Source: an uncultured Selenomonas sp. (GTDB lineage Bacteria > Bacillota > Negativicutes > Selenomonadales > Selenomonadaceae). Taken from it: a DNA stretch of 64,000 bases. This document shows, piece by piece, positions 61,228 through 64,000 of the stretch (positions within the stretch are counted from its first letter, which is position 1; every line of letters starts with the position of its first letter). Below the pieces are notes generated by a model. That model saw only the letters and a program-made list of their open reading frames with translations, did not search any database and was not told the DNA's origin. The position numbers were made by a program, and so were the translations under genes. The DNA is taken from the NCBI RefSeq assembly GCF_963555475.1, contig NZ_CAUVVR010000001.1; one strand, given 5' to 3'.

Positions 61228-62823
61228 CTACACCCCCTTGTGAATGTTCCAAATCAGCCGAATACTCAGGATGAATGCAATAAGATAGCCAAGGATGCCG
61301 AGGATGGGAATGCCGCCGAGCTGTGGCTTCATGTCCGTTGTACATAGTGTACTTGAGGCAATGAGGAGCGCAGCGCACAGGAGGGCGATGATGAGCTTGT
61401 TCATCATCTTGTCGAGGCGTTGGACGGGTTCCTCCGAGCCCGTGAGGTCGATGTTGAGCTTTGCCTGTCCACTCATCGTCATCTTGAGCAGGTCGGCGAG
61501 CTGCTCGGGGATCTGGACAGACTTGCGCAGGAGCATGATGCCCTCCTGCTTCGCCTTTGCCATGCCCTCACGCCACGTCATCCCCTGTACAATACCGAGC
61601 GAAAGACTGCGTGCAAAGATCTCAAGGAAGCTGACCTCGGGTGCACAGCGCCGCATGACGATCTCGACGGTCATGACCCCCCGTGCAAACATGGCGAGCC
61701 CACTCGGACAGCCGATGTGATGCATACGCAGGATGCCAAGGATCTGATTCGTCAGCACACCCATGTGTACGTCGGTGAAATCAAGTGAACCGTACTGCTC
61801 CATCATCACGTCGATGTCCTGATAGAGCTGCGCGTGGTTGATGCGCCCCTTGACAATGCCGAGCGCGAGCAGCGCTGCCTTCATCTCAAATGTGTCGTGG
61901 GTTGCAAGTGCGAGGATTGCGCGGCGCAGAGCTGTGCGGTCACGGTTGCTGAGACGGCCCATCATGCCGAGATCGAGCCAGACAATCGTCCCGCCGCGCA
62001 CGCGAATGTTGCCGGGATGCGGATCACCGTGGAAAAATCCGTCCTCGATAATCTGCTTTGCGTAGTTCTCGCCAAGCCGCCGCCCGATCTGCGTGATATT
62101 GACACCCGCTGCGTGCAGGGTATCGGTCTGATCGAGCGGGATACCGTCGATGTACTCCATGACGAGGATGTGCTGGGTGGAGAGGTCGCGGAGGACGTGC
62201 GGGCAGGAGATAAAGGGATTGTCGCGGTTGAGATGGGCAAACTCCTCGATATGTCCCGCCTCGATGAGAAAATCCATCTCCTGCTTTGCGATGTTCCACA
62301 TTTCGTCCATGAGGGTGCGAAAATCTACCACATTGTCGCGGTTGACGAGGCGGATGATGGTCGCAGCACGTTTCATGAGCGTGAGATCCATGCGCATGAT
62401 CTCGTGAATGCCGGGACGCTGCACCTTGATGACGACCTCCTCACCCGAGGAAAGGGTCGCGCGGTGTGCCTGTGCAATGCTCGCAGAGCCGAGCGGCGTG
62501 CTGTCAATGGTGCGGAACACCTTGTTCCAGTCCCGCTCGTACTCCTGCTCCACGATGGAGAGGATAACGGGGAAGGGGAGGGGGCGTGCGCCCGTCTGGA
62601 GCTTCATGAGCTCGTCACAGTACTCGGTCGGGAGAAAGTCGGGGCGCATACTCATGATCTGCCCGAACTTCACAAAGGTGGGGCCGAGATCCTCGAAGAT
62701 GGCGCGCAGCTTCGCAGGGGTCAGACCATGCACAATGTCGTGGCGGCGCAGAACGGTCACCATCTCGCGCAGGCGCAGGGCGGCATTCTTGTTCTCCGTA
62801 CCCTGTAAGAGTGTGCCAAGCAT
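61228..62823 (-). CDS. UbiB/ABC1/AarF-family atypical kinase with C-terminal TM helices
   Basis: LGPTFVKFGQIMSMRPDFLP, ...ASIAQAHRA...VIKVQRPG..., HGDPHPGN, two C-terminal hydrophobic helices. ATG 62823 is preceded by GGAGGTGAG. The tracked longer start 62904 lies inside the repeat element. Confidence 0.88.
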   Translation of the reverse strand: MLGTLLQGTENKNAALRLREMVTVLRRHDIVHGLTPAKLRAIFEDLGPTFVKFGQIMSMRPDFLPTEYCDELMKLQTGARPLPFPVILSIVEQEYERDWNKVFRTIDSTPLGSASIAQAHRATLSSGEEVVIKVQRPGIHEIMRMDLTLMKRAATIIRLVNRDNVVDFRTLMDEMWNIAKQEMDFLIEAGHIEEFAHLNRDNPFISCPHVLRDLSTQHILVMEYIDGIPLDQTDTLHAAGVNITQIGRRLGENYAKQIIEDGFFHGDPHPGNIRVRGGTIVWLDLGMMGRLSNRDRTALRRAILALATHDTFEMKAALLALGIVKGRINHAQLYQDIDVMMEQYGSLDFTDVHMGVLTNQILGILRMHHIGCPSGLAMFARGVMTVEIVMRRCAPEVSFLEIFARSLSLGIVQGMTWREGMAKAKQEGIMLLRKSVQIPEQLADLLKMTMSGQAKLNIDLTGSEEPVQRLDKMMNKLIIALLCAALLIASSTLCTTDMKPQLGGIPILGILGYLIAFILSIRLIWNIHKGV

Positions 62824-62903
62824 GATCTCACCTCCTGCATTACCGCCGTATTGGTTGTGATGCCGTCCCTCGCAAACGCTTAGTTTACGCAAGCGGTCGG
62901 GCA

Positions 62904-63030
62904 CTTATCTGCCTAAATACCTGCGGATTCCAAACGCGCTTCGCTTGAACGAATAAAATCCGCAGGGGGCAGAACGTGCCCTTGTTTCCGCTTGCTTCAC
63001 TAGGGTTCGCTACGGGACTGGCATCATGCA
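62904..63030 (+). repeat. Intergenic repeat element, short copy (B)
   Basis: Aligns with the head (52452-52530) and tail (~52655-52690) of copy A but lacks the ~125 nt in between. 10-bp hairpin cctgcggatt / aatccgcagg at 62920-62929 / 62957-62966. Confidence 0.6.
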
Positions 63031-63048
63031 CATCTACGCAATTTACAC

Positions 63049-64000
63049 TTATTCCGCCGCTTTATACTTCTCTGCAAGTTGCTGCTTCACGGTTTCGTTG
63101 CTGAGGAATTCGTCATAGGTCGAGATGCGGTCGACAACGCCGACGGGTGTGATCTCGATGACACGGTTCGCAACGGTCTGCGTGAACTCGTGGTCACGCG
63201 AGGCGAAGAGGATTGTGCCGCCGAAGGACATCAGTCCGTTGTTGAGTGCAGTGATGGATTCGAGGTCGAGGTGGTCGGTCGGCTCGTCAAAGAGCAGAAC
63301 GTTTGCACCCGAGAGCATCATGCGTGAGAGCATACAGCGCACGCGCTCGCCGCCCGAGAGCACCTCGGCGCGCTTCTGGCTCTCCTCACCTGAAAAGAGC
63401 ATACGCCCGAGGAAGCCACGCACGAATGTCTCGTCCGGATCTTTCGAGTACTGGCGCAGCCAGTCGACGAGGTTCAGTTTGATACCATCAAAATAGGAGC
63501 TGTTGTCCGAGGGAAGGTAGGTCTGCGTCGTCGTAACGCCCCACTTGAATGTGCCCTCGTCCGCTTCCTCTTCGCCCATAAGAATTTTGAACAGCATGGT
63601 CTTTGCCGCGCCGTTGGGACCGACGAAGGCAACCTTGTCACCCTTCTTGAGCGTAAAGCTGACATTCTTGAAGAGCTGACGGCCGTCGATCTCCTTCGAG
63701 AGCCCCTCCACGGTGAGCAGCTGATCGCCCGCCTCGCGATCGGGCGTAAAAGCGATGTAGGGATAGCGGCGCGTGGACGGTTTGATATCGTCAAGCGTGA
63801 TGCGGTCGAGCAGCTTCTTGCGCGAGGTCGCCTGACGTGATTTCGATGCATTCGCAGAGAATCGCTGAATGAAGGTTTGGAGCTCCTTGATCTTCTCCTC
63901 TTTCTTCTTGTTTGCATCCTTTGCCATCTGGAGGGCAAGCTGACTGGACTGATACCAGAAGTCGTAGTTGCCGGCGAAGAGCGAGATTTTGCCAAAGTCG
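63049..64000 (-). CDS. ABC-F family ATPase, C-terminal part (5-prime end outside window)
   Basis: The reading frame stays open to nt 64000 (…DFGKISLFAGNYDFWYQSSQLALQMAKDANKKKEEKIKELQ…), that is, the inter-domain linker. Second ABC domain with GPNGAAKTMLF, LSGGERVRCML, LLFDEPTDHLD. Confidence 0.9.
   Translation of the reverse strand, partial: DFGKISLFAGNYDFWYQSSQLALQMAKDANKKKEEKIKELQTFIQRFSANASKSRQATSRKKLLDRITLDDIKPSTRRYPYIAFTPDREAGDQLLTVEGLSKEIDGRQLFKNVSFTLKKGDKVAFVGPNGAAKTMLFKILMGEEEADEGTFKWGVTTTQTYLPSDNSSYFDGIKLNLVDWLRQYSKDPDETFVRGFLGRMLFSGEESQKRAEVLSGGERVRCMLSRMMLSGANVLLFDEPTDHLDLESITALNNGLMSFGGTILFASRDHEFTQTVANRVIEITPVGVVDRISTYDEFLSNETVKQQLAEKYKAAE

Overview
This window is a chromosomal segment of a Firmicutes-type bacterium. 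G+C is in the high 50s by my hand counts of sample 60-nt lines. The gene content (ATP-type PckA, DUF881 and Sbp next to ftsZ, no ftsA) fits a Negativicutes/Selenomonad-like host, but that is inference only. There are three blocks. (1) 1-5900 holds housekeeping genes pckA (5-prime end outside the window), recG, dapB and asd, followed by an AT-richer hicAB toxin-antitoxin islet. (2) 5916-46526 is one apparently intact ~40.6-kb temperate prophage bounded by a perfect 22-bp direct repeat. On the minus strand it carries integrase, a membrane protein and a CI/S24-type repressor, next to a three-operator switch. On the plus strand it carries Cro-like early genes, a DUF2800 / DUF2815 / family-A polymerase / primase(VirE) / VRR-NUC / SNF2 replication module, a late activator, TerS/TerL, an SPP1-type portal and MuF, scaffold and HK97-fold capsid. 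These are followed by a PBSX-like contractile tail (sheath, tube, frameshifted chaperone, tape measure, baseplate, fibre), holin plus amidase, and a promoter-equipped three-gene cassette next to attR. (3) 46600-64000 is the dcw cluster mraZ-rsmH-ftsL-murE-murF-mraY-murD-murG-(murC-ddl fusion)-ftsQ-DUF881-sbp-ftsZ. After it, on the minus strand, come an AroH-type chorismate mutase, a UbiB/ABC1-family kinase and an ABC-F ATPase that runs off the window. I recognised no rRNA, tRNA or CRISPR array. The best candidates for something new are: (a) a low-GC Cys/His domain fused to the MuF head protein, with an overlapping 64-aa ORF and its own terminator, which may be a capsid-delivered effector/immunity pair; (b) the three-gene cassette with a consensus promoter between the lysis genes and attR; (c) a repeated hairpin-containing intergenic element, one copy of which interrupts the dcw operon. 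All functional calls rest on motif recognition by eye, because no database search was possible.
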